Shown: piece by piece, positions 40,627 to 52,155 of the stretch
How positions within the stretch are numbered: the first letter of the stretch is position 1
How the letters are laid out: each line of letters starts with the position of its first letter
From: a virus
Length of the DNA stretch: 64,000 nt
Direction: 5' to 3' (one strand)
Virus record (IMG/VR): IMGVR_UViG_3300048672_000475
Location: 1-64,000 of that record
Translations under genes and position numbers: made by a program
Notes under the pieces: generated by a model
What the model saw: only the letters and a program-made list of their open reading frames with translations
Databases searched by the model: none
What the model was told of the DNA's origin: nothing

Positions 40627-41463
40627 TTAGTCTAGCCCTTCCAGTGGGTCGGCGGTTTCTTTTTTACCAAACGCCATGGTCGTTTGGAACGTCGACTGCT
40701 TGGCCTCTTCCTGGGTCAACTCGCCCTCGTTAATGAAGTACGAGTGGACCAAATTGGAAATGATCCGGGCGCCGATGGTATTGTTTTCGTAGTTTTCGAC
40801 GATGTACTTGCCGATTACCGTGGTGCAGTCCTTCTTTTTGACCGCAGGAAATAACTTCAAGTAGTCATGCAACAGCGCGCTATCGTTCAGGATTTTAAGC
40901 AGTTCGTCAATGGTCAGCTTGCGCAAATTGAACACTAACCCTACTCGGCCCAAGAATTCCGTCTTAACACCGAAGTCGCGTAACCGGTCCAGGGTGATCG
41001 ACTGTTCACCGTTGAATGCGCCGGCAAATACGAACAATACATTGTCGACCGAGGCGTTAACATATTTGCCATAGTCGCCATACACCGAGGCTATGTTCGA
41101 CTCTAACACTTTCAGAAATTCGTTCTGCACACCGTTGGTTGTTTCATGGGCTAATTGGCTATTGCTGTTGCCTGATATAAAGAGCTTGTCAAACTCGTCG
41201 ACAAAGCATACGGTCATCCGGTTACCGCAAGTGATGAGTGGCGTTAACGCTTTGCTCAAGCTGTTGCCGCTGGTCCCTTCTTTGGTCAACTGCGCGGCGT
41301 TAACTTCCAGGTAGTTCAGATTCGCTTGGGCTGTGAGCTGCTGGATAGTGTAGCTCTTGCCCGCACCGCTGGCGCCAACGACGATAAAATGGGGTCGTAT
41401 TTTGGCCTTGCTCGTTTTGAAAATGTTGATAACTCGTTGGATCTTTTCGATTTCGGTTTGCAT
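40627..41463 (-). CDS. ClpX/HslU-like AAA+ ATPase
   Basis: GASGAGKS, FVDEFDKL, GVQNEFLKVLE, LFVFAGAF, EFLGR. Confidence 0.85.
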   Translation of the reverse strand: MQTEIEKIQRVINIFKTSKAKIRPHFIVVGASGAGKSYTIQQLTAQANLNYLEVNAAQLTKEGTSGNSLSKALTPLITCGNRMTVCFVDEFDKLFISGNSNSQLAHETTNGVQNEFLKVLESNIASVYGDYGKYVNASVDNVLFVFAGAFNGEQSITLDRLRDFGVKTEFLGRVGLVFNLRKLTIDELLKILNDSALLHDYLKLFPAVKKKDCTTVIGKYIVENYENNTIGARIISNLVHSYFINEGELTQEEAKQSTFQTTMAFGKKETADPLEGLD

Positions 41464-42191
41464 GTTTTGTTCTCCAGTTTTAAAGGTTCGCCCAGGTGGT
41501 CGGGTTAAGCTATCCGCTCAATGCGCAATAGCAATTGCGTTTTGTTAGCCGTTTCTACGGCCAGCACTATCCGGCAACTAAACTGCATGCCGGCCATTTT
41601 CTTGCCATACCGACAGTGGCAGGTTACGCGGCTGGCGCATCGCTTGGCAACGGATTCGTTAATCACTTCTTTGTATACCGCCTCGCCGGGTTGTAAGGCC
41701 GCTGCGAGGGTTAGAATGTTTTTGGTGTCGGTAATCATGGCTACTGTTCCCTGAATGTCATCGGAAATACTACAATGCTGCCTTTCTTTACGGCTTGCAT
41801 TGCAATACGGCCTTCCTGGTTGCGCCACATCGTTTCGCCTTTGTGGGTCAGTTTGACGTACAGCCATTGTCCGCCACAGTCTTTTTGTAATTGTTTGATT
41901 ACGCTCATTTCGGTTTGCATGTTTTGTTCTCCAGTTTTGAGCCTTTTAAAGCATCTCTGTTTCAATTTCTGTGTACATTTTTGATATTTCCACTTTTATG
42001 ACGCGGAAGCCTGTAAAACTTCGCCATTCTTCGGCTTCTTTTTTAGCGTATTTAATGTCTATATAGGGATTACCGTATCTTACGGAGCCGTCCAGTCCTA
42101 TAACATCTACTCTGTACAGAGTAGTTTCGTCGACCGCAAAAACACCGGCTTTTACCTTGTACTTAATGAGTTTGATTACACCGCTCATGAT

Positions 42192-42705
42192 CTATTCTCC
42201 AGTTTTGTTTATTGTTTCGGTGGTCGGGTTAGGTGGTAGCGGTATCCAGCCTTTTATGCTGTCGGTTACGGTCCAGTTTTCTGCGCAGTCTGTGTGCCAA
42301 GCCATTTTGCCCGTCTCGATATCTTTTGTCGCATACGCCACAAACCATTGGTCGTCATCCCACGCTAGTACGGGGGTGGAAGCCTCAGCGTCTAAATAAT
42401 AGTCCTGGTCTTCACTGAGCGGCGGCATTACGTCGGGTTTATTTAGGGTAGTCATATCGTGCCTCAATGGCTGGGTTAGGTGGTAGCGGTATCCAGCCTT
42501 TTATGCTGTCGGTTACTATCCACTTCTCCGAGCAGTTGGTATACCAATTCATTTTGACGGTTCCACAATCCCGCATGCAAAAAGCGACGTACCATTCCCC
42601 TCCCCAGGCTAATACCGGTACTGAGACTTCAGTACCAAACGCGTCTTGGTATTCGATAGGCGGCATTACATCGGGTTTATTTAGGGTAGTCATAGGGTGC
42701 TCCAA
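42192..42705 (-). CDS. Tandem paralogue pair (DUF551-like)
   Basis: Both MTTLNKPDVMPP...PVLAW...WxVTDSIKGWIPLPPNP. Confidence 0.7.
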
Positions 42706-43348
42706 TGGTCGGGTTGATAGCTTGGTACAAGGTCGAAAAATTATTCTTTTTTACTTCCGATACCACCGAGGATATCCGTTCTTCGGATATCCCTTTATCC
42801 CGGAGCAAAATAAAGATCGCGTGTTCTAGCCTCGCGCGGTCGTTTATAAATCTTTGAGCGTCCTTTATGCTCTTCTGATACATCCCTTCGTTGTTGTGGT
42901 ATCCCATTAGTTAAAAGCCTTGTACCTACGCCACTCGGACCAAAATTGCTTTCCGGTTAATGGCTTTTCTATGTCGTGGTCTTTCCAACCCTGGCCGGAT
43001 TTACCGTTGTAAAAGTAAAGAAAATAGGTTCCTCCAATTAAGTCGTTTACCTTGGCTGCGCCTACGCCTTTTACATAAACGCAGTCGCCTATTTTGTATC
43101 TCAATTTGCTGGGCATGGTCTGCTCCTGTGGTCGGGTTAGCAAATTTGGTCAACATGACCAGTCCGGCGCATAGCAAAGCAAATACAGTCCCATATCTGC
43201 TCGAACGGTACGCTGATCGCGCTATAGCCATGGCTGTTGTATTGTTCGAGCCGATAGCCCGTGCCTTGCCAGTCGGACCCATAAAATATTCTGTTTTTGA
43301 GCGGTGGCATTTTGATTACCTCTTCGGTTTTGTTTGAAAGTTTCGGTC

Positions 43349-43378
43349 AGTCTATCTTGATTTTCGGCTATGTGTCAA
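43349..43378 (-). promoter_or_regulatory. sigma70-type promoter
   Basis: GCAC-TTGACA-18-TAGACT-GACCGAAA. Confidence 0.7.
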
Positions 43379-45348
43379 GTGCTAAATGGTCGGGTTAGGT
43401 GTTCCCGTTAATGCTGTACCGGGATCTCAAAATTTTAATCGCCTGGGCGTCTTGCGCGGGCGTCAGGTATAAGTGGTCGTATTCCACCTCTCGCCACGCA
43501 ATTTCTGTTTTAGCCGATACCAGGAACCAATCTTTTGTCCTGCGTTCCAGCTTTACACGGGTTACTATCCGGCTGTTTCTGTACCTGTTGGGTAGCTTGG
43601 CCCCTGATCGGCTATCCAGGGTCGCACCGGACTTGTACTTATCGTATGCCAGCAAAGTGGTTAGCTCTTTCTCGGCTCTGTGGGCAAGCCCTCGCATTTC
43701 GCTATACCTTATGTACGTGTGGGCCTCGGCAGACCCGTTAGCGGCCCTTAAAGCCGCTTCGATTCCACTGGCGTTGTTGTCTGTAATTTTAATCGGTTTC
43801 ATGGTCTAATCCTCTTCGGTTTGGGTGATCGGCTTTTAAGATTTCTATCTGCCCGTATGAAAATTCTACTTCCACTTCATACACCGCGAAAAACTCCGCG
43901 AGTATTGGATCGCTTTGCCGGTCGGCTTCCGCGTCTTCACGCGTAAAGTACAATTTTTCGGTTGATTTCTCCAACTCGACAAAAAGTCGGGCGTGTTTTG
44001 GCTTACGCTGGATGATATAAGCTACATAAGACATGCGGCATGCTCCTCTGCTTGCCTCGGTGTGTAGAGTAAGCCCCATGCCGCGCCCGGACTTTTGCGC
44101 GCCATCACTGAGCCGTCAGCTTTGAATTTCAGGGTATAGGGCGCCCAGTGTAAGCGGATTGCTTGTTTTTGTTTTGCGGTTAGTGGTTTCACGGTCTGAT
44201 CCTCTTCGGTTTTGATGGTCGGCTTTCCCGGTCGGGTTAGTCAAGTATCATGGTATCTTCAAAAGGTAATTCTTGCCCTTTCCAGCTAACAAGCCACTCC
44301 CGTTTTCGGGCATAGACTTGGAATCCAAGATTGTCCTGGCTGCTGGCTTGGTTCATTGCTAGTTTGGTCGTGTTGGTACGATAGCCGGCGCTATTCAACA
44401 TGATTTTACCGTCCTGGAACACGCCGACAACGGGCGTTGAGTGGTAAAAATAGTTACGGGTGCCGGTGTGTGGGTTGGTTTCGATTCTGCGGGCGGTGCC
44501 ACGGAATATTTGAGATTGTGCCATGTTCTGGCCCTCTTCGGTTTGATGGTCGGTGTCTGGGTTATAGGCTGTTATAGCGTTTCATGCTGTCTTGGTACCG
44601 CTTTCCAGGGCACAGGGCTCGAAATAAGTTGTATTGCGCCGCAAATAGCATGTCCATACCGCAGCCCGATATCCGACGGTTTTTATCGCACCCTGCCAGC
44701 TTATAGATAAAGCCGGGGGCGCCGTGTAGTTCGTTGTTTTTGATGATTGCAATGGCAATCGTGCGGCTCATACCGGACCGGCTAACGCTTTCGACGGCTG
44801 TATAATATCGGCCTTTTACCAGGGCTTCGGCAAAATTGGTCAGGTGTTTGATGGTCCAGTTTAGGTCCGCGTAGGGGTCGGCTTTGCAGATTTCAGCGGC
44901 TAATTTTTCGATGTGTTTGGTCGGTTTCATGGTCGGGCCTCTTCGGTTTTGGTGGTCGGTGTCTGGGTTTTGCCATCCCTGGCTTGGGTAATCGGGTTAG
45001 CTAATATATTGGCCTACAACAACGGATTCGCCTGTGTCGTCTAGGCGGATCAATAACCCGCTAAAAAACGAGTCGCCTTTATACCCGTGCCAATCACCGG
45101 GAAATGGGCTATTTTTATCCAGCCGCATAAAATCGCCTAATGTGTACACGTTGCCCTTGTACCGGAAAAACTCAATAGGGGCTGAGGTTTCCGTAAAATC
45201 CGAGTACCAATCGAATTCGGCTTTTTCTTTCTCGGTCAAATCGAACCATGAAAGCAATTCGCGGGGTTGGTTGTTGGTGCGGATTTCTGGGGCGTTTTCG
45301 GTTGTCATGGTCGGGCCTCTTCGGTCTGTTGTTACTAAATTTTCGGTC

Positions 45349-45377
45349 AGCTTATCGCGGTTTTCTTACTGTGTCAA
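45349..45377 (-). promoter_or_regulatory. sigma70-type promoter
   Basis: GCAC-TTGACA-17-TAAGCT-GACCGAAA. Confidence 0.7.
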
Positions 45378-48300
45378 GTGCTTTTGGCCTTTATTTATCG
45401 GCTTCGGTTGTCGGGTTAGTTCGCCCAGGGAAGGGCTAAACAGAGGATATGACCGCGCGTAAGTAGTCTACGTTTGCTTTGTTGGTGTAGCAAATATTCG
45501 GTTAGCTTGTCGCGGTCTGCTGTAAAGGAAATCTGGTTGACTTCGCGTAATAGCTCTTCGAAGTTTATGATTAATCCGCTACTCGCGGCGGCATAGGTGG
45601 CGGACCTTTGGCCACCGTGCCAGTCGTATAACATCGCTCTTGCTGTTTTTTGCTTAATCATGGCTCGTTCCTCTTCGGTGGTTAGTTAATAATTTTTGCG
45701 CGTTCGGTCGTTGTTAGCGCGGGTAAAATTTCCGTTATGGCCTGTACTTTGTCGGGTTCTATTCTCCAATGTTCGGCGGGTTCTAGCACTACTAAGCGGC
45801 GATTTAGGGTTTTTATTATGTAAAACAATCCCGGCGGTTCGTTTTCCTCGGGGAGATAAACTTTATCTCCTGGTTCGTATCGAATTCGCATTTTGTGTGG
45901 CTCCGGTGGCTGGGTTATAAAATGATTTTTAATACTATCTGTTCGGCTTTGGCTGCGGTTCTCAGCTCCGGCAAGGTGAACATATATAGATTTTCGTCTC
46001 CGTCGATGCCATACGCGGCGCCGATGTCGGGATTGTGGCCTAGATAGTGCGCGGTAACTTTTCTATTTTGTTGCGCGGCTCTTAACGTTTCGCGGGCTAT
46101 GCGGGCCATCATTTCTGCGTGTTCGCGCAGTTCTTCGGGTGTGTAGTCGTCCATATGCTTCCTCTTCGGTTTTGGTTAGGTGTTTTTCATAGGCTCCCTG
46201 CTTGCGCTGGAAGCCTAAAAAATAGCCTAAATCGGACCGAGTATTTTAGCCACGGCGTACCAGCCGGCGGCAAGCGTTATCAGTACCGCCACGGCGGCGG
46301 AAAGCCGCAGGTCGAATTTTAAGCGGTTTATCGTTTCGCCTTGCTGTTCCTGCGTCATCATGTAGCGGTTTATCGCCTCGGATCGTGTCGCGGCTTCCTG
46401 GGCGCGGATAGCTTGCCGTGCGTTTTCGATTTGTTGCTGTGTTTTGGTTTTCATTGTTTCGACTCCTGGTTAGGTAACATTACCTCGTAAAATTCAAACC
46501 CTCGCCAGCCGCCAGCTACGCGGGCTTCCTGTCTTTGTTCGTCTATCTTTTCAACTCTGCCAATCCACAGGGCTTGTGTGGTGGGGTTTTTCAAAAATTT
46601 ATTCTCTACGAGTTGTGAGGGGGCGTATACGCACTCTCTTTTATAGTTGCGGCGTAGGTCGCCACGTATCGCCACTAAATCACCTATTTTTAACTTAGCC
46701 ATTGTTCTGTGTCCTGTTTGGTTACTTTTGCGCATTTTGACAATATTTTTATTTTGCCCTTTTCGCGTTCTGCTATGCCGGCGGCGTTGTATGTTTGTCG
46801 CTTCGCGCCGGTGCGTGACGTATAGCCGTCGGGTGATTCGCCGTCTATCGCTACGACTTCGACAACCTGGGCGCGCTTTACGCTTATCTGCTCGGCTTGT
46901 GCGGTTATCATGACGGACCGCCAGCCAGCCGGCACCATCACCGCCGTTTTGTATTTTATTTGCACGTTCATTGTTTGGGTCCTGGTTAGTCGTTTAGGTA
47001 TTCCAGATAATCGCAATAGCTCCGGGCTACTTCCTCGCCCGCGTACCATGCAAGCGCGTTGTGTATCTGGGTATAGTCTGCGCTTCCGTCGTCGTCTTTG
47101 GGTTCTCGGCCTAGTGCTAGGGTAGCGATTCTGCCGGGGCTGAGGTCCAAACCTTTTAGACAATTAAAACCGGCGATCATTGCAAAAGCGTCCGCTTCGC
47201 CATAGTCGCGGGCCTGTTGTTCGGCAAGTTCTAAAATGTGTTTTTTGTGCTTTTTGGAAAAAGGCACTGTATCAGGATAATAATAGATAAATCCGCCTAT
47301 TCCGCCAGCCATGCCATAACTGGTTATGTCGGGCGCTTTCTCTTGGAAGCTTTCCCAACCGCCAAGCTGCTTGATTACCGCGCGGATTAGCGGCGCGGGG
47401 ATTGACGATTGTTTAATAAAATCGGTTTGTGTTGGTGTTTTTGCGGTCATGGTGTCGCCTCTTCGGTTTGTGTTTGTGTTTGGGTTTTATTGGGTTTGGC
47501 TTTGGGTGTTTAAAAGTTAGCGTAAACCATTCCGCTCGATGTATGGCCGATAATGGCTGTTCTGTCTTCCATGTACTCAATAACGGCTCGCTCCTTTTCG
47601 TCGTCGTCTTCGCAATCGCTCAAGTCGATGCTGTAATCACTGGCTATTGTTTCGGCGTCGCTCTCTGTGTACTCACAGCAAATGGCGATTACATCCAGCT
47701 CTATTTCTTCGCCTGTGTCCTCTTCCAACTCTTCAAAGTAGTTGAATAACAAGCTTAATGCCTCGTAACTGAATTGTTCGCCGCGTCCGCATCGGTGGAA
47801 AGCTGCGGTAAATTCTGAATGATTGATTGTTTGTTTCATGGTTCTATGCTCCAGTTTTTATAGTTTGCAGTAGTTCGGCGCGGTCCGCCAAGTATGCGCG
47901 GATTGTCTGCCGCACGGCGGCGCAAATTGCGGGGCTGAGCGGTTGCGCGGCTTTTGTTTCGCGGATTAGCTCCAGCGTGGTTTTGTTGGTGCGGTGTAGC
48001 TCTTCGCGGGCTTCGATGATGCGTTGCTCTTGCTGATATATCGCGTCGGCTTCGCGTTGCTCTTCCGCGTCGATCCTGGCGCACTCGTCCGCGTATCGCG
48101 CGGCGTCTTCTGCGGTGTCGTGTACGCTATCTGTGTATACGGTTACACCATCCCAATCGCTGTGCCGCGTTGCTGCGAGATAAAACAGGTGCGCGCCGGC
48201 GTCGTTTAGCTTGTGCGGGTTTCTGAAGGCTAAAACAAAGCCATGCAGGGTTTCGCCGGTCCAACCGTCGTCGGATGTATACCAGCCCTGCGGCAAGTGT

Positions 48301-49273
48301 CGGCAAATGTCGTGTGCCTCGCCGACTTGGATCAACGGCAAGTCGTTGAAACAATCCGCGTAAATCGTGCTTTCGTCAACTTTGCTGCGCGTATGCTGAC
48401 CACGTTTTAAAATCGCGGGTTTTGGGTAGCGGTTGTTGCGCCAGTTTGAATAATGCGCTGATTCTGGGTAGCGTTCGGCCATTTTCGCGGTGTTTGCTTT
48501 ATACGCGGCTAGGCGTCTTTGTAATGCGCTCATGGCTTAGGCTCCTTTTATTGCTTGGTAGATTGCTTCGGCTTGCGTCCAGTCGAGCGCCAGCATGGCG
48601 GCAAGCTGCATAATTGCGGCAACTGCGGCAAGGTGTGGCCAATCGCGTAAAAATGCGCGGGCTTGGTTTATGGTTTGCGTGTTTGGTGCTTTCATGGCTG
48701 CGGCTCCTCTTCGGTTAGCGGGTTTGTTTGCCGTCCGTGGCTTTGTGGGTTTAGTTTACGATTTCGCCGTGCCTATCCTGGCTGTACTCTTCAGGATCAA
48801 GCCAGTAGATAAAGGCGCAAACGTTCTCATCTTTAATATCGATGCGTGCCATGTCGCCGTAATCGCTTAGGGTGTGGCGGGGGATTGGGGCCCAGTAGCG
48901 GTGTTTTTTGGCCGCCGTGATGGCTTTTTTGGTATCGGCCGCGCGGACTGTAAGGCGCTCGATCCAGCAATAATTTGCCTCTCCGCCAAAGGTATCTGTA
49001 AATTCTACGGCGTAAAGGTTCGGGGTTTGGTCGTTTTTGGCGGTCATGGCTGCGGCTCCTCTTCGGTTACTTCGGCAGGCGTGCTTTGGATGGTAGCACG
49101 CGAAAAAATCCGTTAAATTTAGCGGGTGACGCTTTCCAGCGCCGGCCAGCTACAAAAATTGAAGATATTCCGTTTCTCCAAATGTGGTTTTCAAGTTTCA
49201 TGGCTGCGGCTCCTCTTCAGATTGTCGCGGGTCCGGTGCGGGATTGCGCCGGCGTTTCCTTCAAGTTCGGTTC

Positions 49274-49303
49274 ATTGTATCGTGGTTTTTTGTTGTGGGT
49301 CAA
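49274..49303 (-). promoter_or_regulatory. First promoter of the leftward array
   Basis: GCAC-TTGACC-18-TACAAT. Confidence 0.65.
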
Positions 49304-49369
49304 GTGCTTTCGTATCATCTGACGCGGTAATCCTCTAATAATGTGATGCTCATCACGTTTTTATGGCTG

Positions 49370-49800
49370 CTGTCCGGGTGTAAGGTCGCGCGTCCGGTGT
49401 CCCGTCCGGCCGTGGACGTGTCCGGGACACAGGCAAGCTATTGATTTCTAACGGTTTTATTTTTTCTGGCCGGTTTGTCCGGTATGGCCGCCCGACCTGG
49501 GCAAAATCCCCTCAAAATTTCGTGGTGTCGTCCGGTGGCCGCGTGTCCGTGTCGCGTGGTAAATCCTAGCGTTCCTATTCTTCTCTTCTTCTTCTTCTTC
49601 TTCTTCTTCTATAAAGGGTATAGGACAGCAGGACAGACAGAGTAAAACGCCCGATATTGCTGGGTTGGCGGGTGTCCAGCTAGCAGGTGCTGCTCCCTGG
49701 TCATCTGGGACAGCAGACCGGACAGCAGAGGGACAGCGGGTTTATGGCTGCGGTTGACGGGGTGCGGATTTTTCCCGGTATCGGCAGGACAGCGGACAAT
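49370..49800. repeat. TGTCC/GGACA iteron-like cluster around a (CTT)n tract; candidate origin
   Basis: More than 12 GTCC/GGAC copies; CTT run at 49580-49610. Confidence 0.55.
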
Positions 49801-49900
49801 TAAACAGTGTTAGGATAAAAACAAAATAGTTTGCTGCTTGTAGCTATATTGCAAACTTTGGGTTTATAGTAGGGCGGACTATAAACTTTAGGTTTACGAT

Positions 49901-50359
49901 ATGCGAGTGATTTCGACCGGGGACGCAAGGAAAGTGGCGCTAATAGCGGCCACTATTGACGAGCTGCGTAAGCTCAAATGGTTAGAACTGACTAAAGATT
50001 TTAACGATTCGATAAGTACAGAACCGCAAAAAAGCGATAAGTTTCAATGCTTTATGATGGTTTATACTTTCGAGACGACAGCACGCGCGAAAGTCTTCCG
50101 GCTCGCGTATGCCATGGCCCGGAAAAACGGCAAGTTGAAGGCTGTTTGGAGGGTCAAATCACGCCCGCCGAGTTACTATAAGCGATTGAAAAATCGATAT
50201 AAAGAGACCATAAAACGACGTACAAAACGAAAAGCCTGCAAACGGGAGCGCAAGCGGTACTATAAACTCGTTCCGCTGGTTCGAGCCGGGAATATAGCTA
50301 CACTGGAAGCAAAAGCGCGGGCAATTGCACGCGAGGCACTAATCGCTGATCTTCTTTAG
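49901..50359 (+). CDS. Basic (K/R-rich) hypothetical protein
   Basis: 152 aa isolated ORF ending ADLL. Confidence 0.55.
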   Translation: MRVISTGDARKVALIAATIDELRKLKWLELTKDFNDSISTEPQKSDKFQCFMMVYTFETTARAKVFRLAYAMARKNGKLKAVWRVKSRPPSYYKRLKNRYKETIKRRTKRKACKRERKRYYKLVPLVRAGNIATLEAKARAIAREALIADLL

Positions 50360-50751
50360 AATCAAGCGGTTATCTGGGCAGGTAGCGGCTAGCAAACCGG
50401 ATTTCGGGACCTGAAAAGCGGTTAATTAAACGCTGTTAGATAGCCGCGATCCGCGAATCGCTCACCTTCCGGTTCGCTCCTGTAAGGTAGTTATTAGATA
50501 TTGATTCGCGAGCTCATCGGAAAGGCAGAAAATGAGCAATTCGCCGCCCGGCAAATTGCAACTAACTGATTTTATTCGCTATTCGCTCATACGAAAAAGG
50601 AGTGCTAAAGCACGACCGATTAGATATGAGGGTATCGGGAGTCCCTACCTACACCCCTCTTTCACCCGGTGTCGAGCAGCTTCATACCCCACGCAATCCG
50701 CAGAAATATTTTAGAAACTTTTTCCCAGAAAGTAGCAATTGACACACCACC

Positions 50752-50862
50752 AGCCCCGATTAGCTCCCAATAACGCCCGATAACGCCCGATTAGCGCCCG
50801 ATAACCCCCGATTAGCACCCAATAGCCCCCGATTAGCCCCCGATTAGCTCCCAATTAGCACC
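50752..50862. repeat. Tandem 10-11 bp repeat, about 10 copies
   Basis: Consensus CCC(G/A)AT(T)A(G/A)C. Confidence 0.85.
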
Positions 50863-51266
50863 TCCAGGCCAGTAAATCCGCCAAAAACACCCAAATCCGC
50901 GCCGACCAGCACCGTTGAAGGAGCATTTGGTACAAAAATTATAGAATAAAAAGTAGCATGTGGTAATTTCAGCCAGAAAGTCACGATCACGCTTTTGTAG
51001 CAGATGGTAAACCCCAAAAAATTTTGAAAAATTTTCCAGAAAAAGGTGTGTCATATGGTAAAAACAGAAATCAATCGGCGCATCCTTGCGCCGATTGGCA
51101 GAAATGTAGCAGATGCTTTCGCTCAGCTTTTGAGCGAAACTAATATTCTAATATACTAATATTACCAGTTGACACGCATAAATATCCCGTGTCATGTGGT
51201 AAAAGTGGATTCTCTCGCGCTCAACTTTTGAGCACGAGAGCGTATGCTACAAATTAACTTTATCAG

Positions 51267-51347
51267 TTGACACGAGGAAAACCCTTCCGTATAATCATCG
51301 TGTCTGTTGAAGATTTCACTTGACGCGCGATACCGCAGGCGTATAAT
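51267..51347 (+). promoter_or_regulatory. Tandem sigma70 promoters
   Basis: TTGACA-17-TATAAT and TTGACG-16-TATAAT. Confidence 0.8.
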
Positions 51348-51481
51348 TCACTCATCGGTCTGAAGCCGTCTAAGTAAACAGAAATTTTTATTTAAAAAAG
51401 GTCGATCTGACCGCGTTGGGCCTGTTTACGCCCTCTTCAGAACGCGTGTCACCTCGGCCTTTTTTAATTGGAGAAATCCTC

Positions 51482-52078
51482 ATGCACCATCTAACTGTAC
51501 CCGCACAATTCAAAGACCTGATCTTCGTATCTGGAGAACAGGCGCAAACCACTTCCCTTCTAGTCGCCGAAAGATTTGGCAAGAACCACAAAGATGTTCT
51601 ACGAGCGATAGCTAATCTGGAATGCTCAGCAAAATTTAGGGCCTCTAATATTGAAGAGTCTTCGTACATCGACGATAAAGGTCGTGAGCAGAAAATGTAC
51701 GTTCTTAACAAGGACGGGTTCTACAAGCTGGCAATGGGTTTTACCGGCGAAGCAGCGACGGCATGGCAGGAACTGTTCCTTGACGCGTTCAACTGGATGC
51801 AGGACGAACTCAAACGCTTACTCACGGAAGAGGCGAACCGTAAGTACAACCTTGGTTTGGTGGAAGGCGCGAGTAGAGGGATAACGGATACGCGAAGGGA
51901 AGCTGCGCTGATAGTAGAAGCCGGCGCGCAGGAAGCGAGTCGTGTTGAAGCTAAGAGTTACCACCGATGGGAACAGGAACGTGGCCGTAAAGAAGCTGCG
52001 CAAGCCGAGAATAGGGAACTCCGGAAAGAGAATCAAAGATTGCAAAAGGCGATTGATAAGTTGAAGCAGCGGAAGTAG
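51482..52078 (+). CDS. Rha-family phage regulatory protein
   Basis: TTSLLVAERFGKNHKDVLRAI, LAMGFTG; GGAG RBS favours ATG at 51482. Confidence 0.9.
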   Translation: MHHLTVPAQFKDLIFVSGEQAQTTSLLVAERFGKNHKDVLRAIANLECSAKFRASNIEESSYIDDKGREQKMYVLNKDGFYKLAMGFTGEAATAWQELFLDAFNWMQDELKRLLTEEANRKYNLGLVEGASRGITDTRREAALIVEAGAQEASRVEAKSYHRWEQERGRKEAAQAENRELRKENQRLQKAIDKLKQRK

Positions 52079-52095
52079 AAACCCTCATATAGCAG

Positions 52096-52124
52096 TTGAC
52101 ACACAACCCGCAAGACGCTATACT
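52096..52124 (+). promoter_or_regulatory. sigma70-type promoter
   Basis: TTGACA-17-TATACT. Confidence 0.75.
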
Positions 52125-52155
52125 TTACCCCGCAACACAAAACTGGAGAACACTT

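Larger units (their letters stand above)
43137..49201 (-). other. Putative early gene array, about 20 small genes with AACCGAAGAGG RBS motif
   Basis: e.g. 43137-43310, 43395-43802, 44237-44524, 44562-44930, 44997-45308, 45416-45661, 45915-46154, 46986-47450, 47510-47839, 47844-48533, 48751-49047. Confidence 0.75.

Noticed and set aside
43130-49225. Integron cassette array
   Set aside because: Junction motifs are short and not attC-like palindromes; no integrase
50752-50862. CRISPR array
   Set aside because: 10-11 bp units with no unique spacers; the Cas4-like DUF2800 gene is a standard replication-module gene
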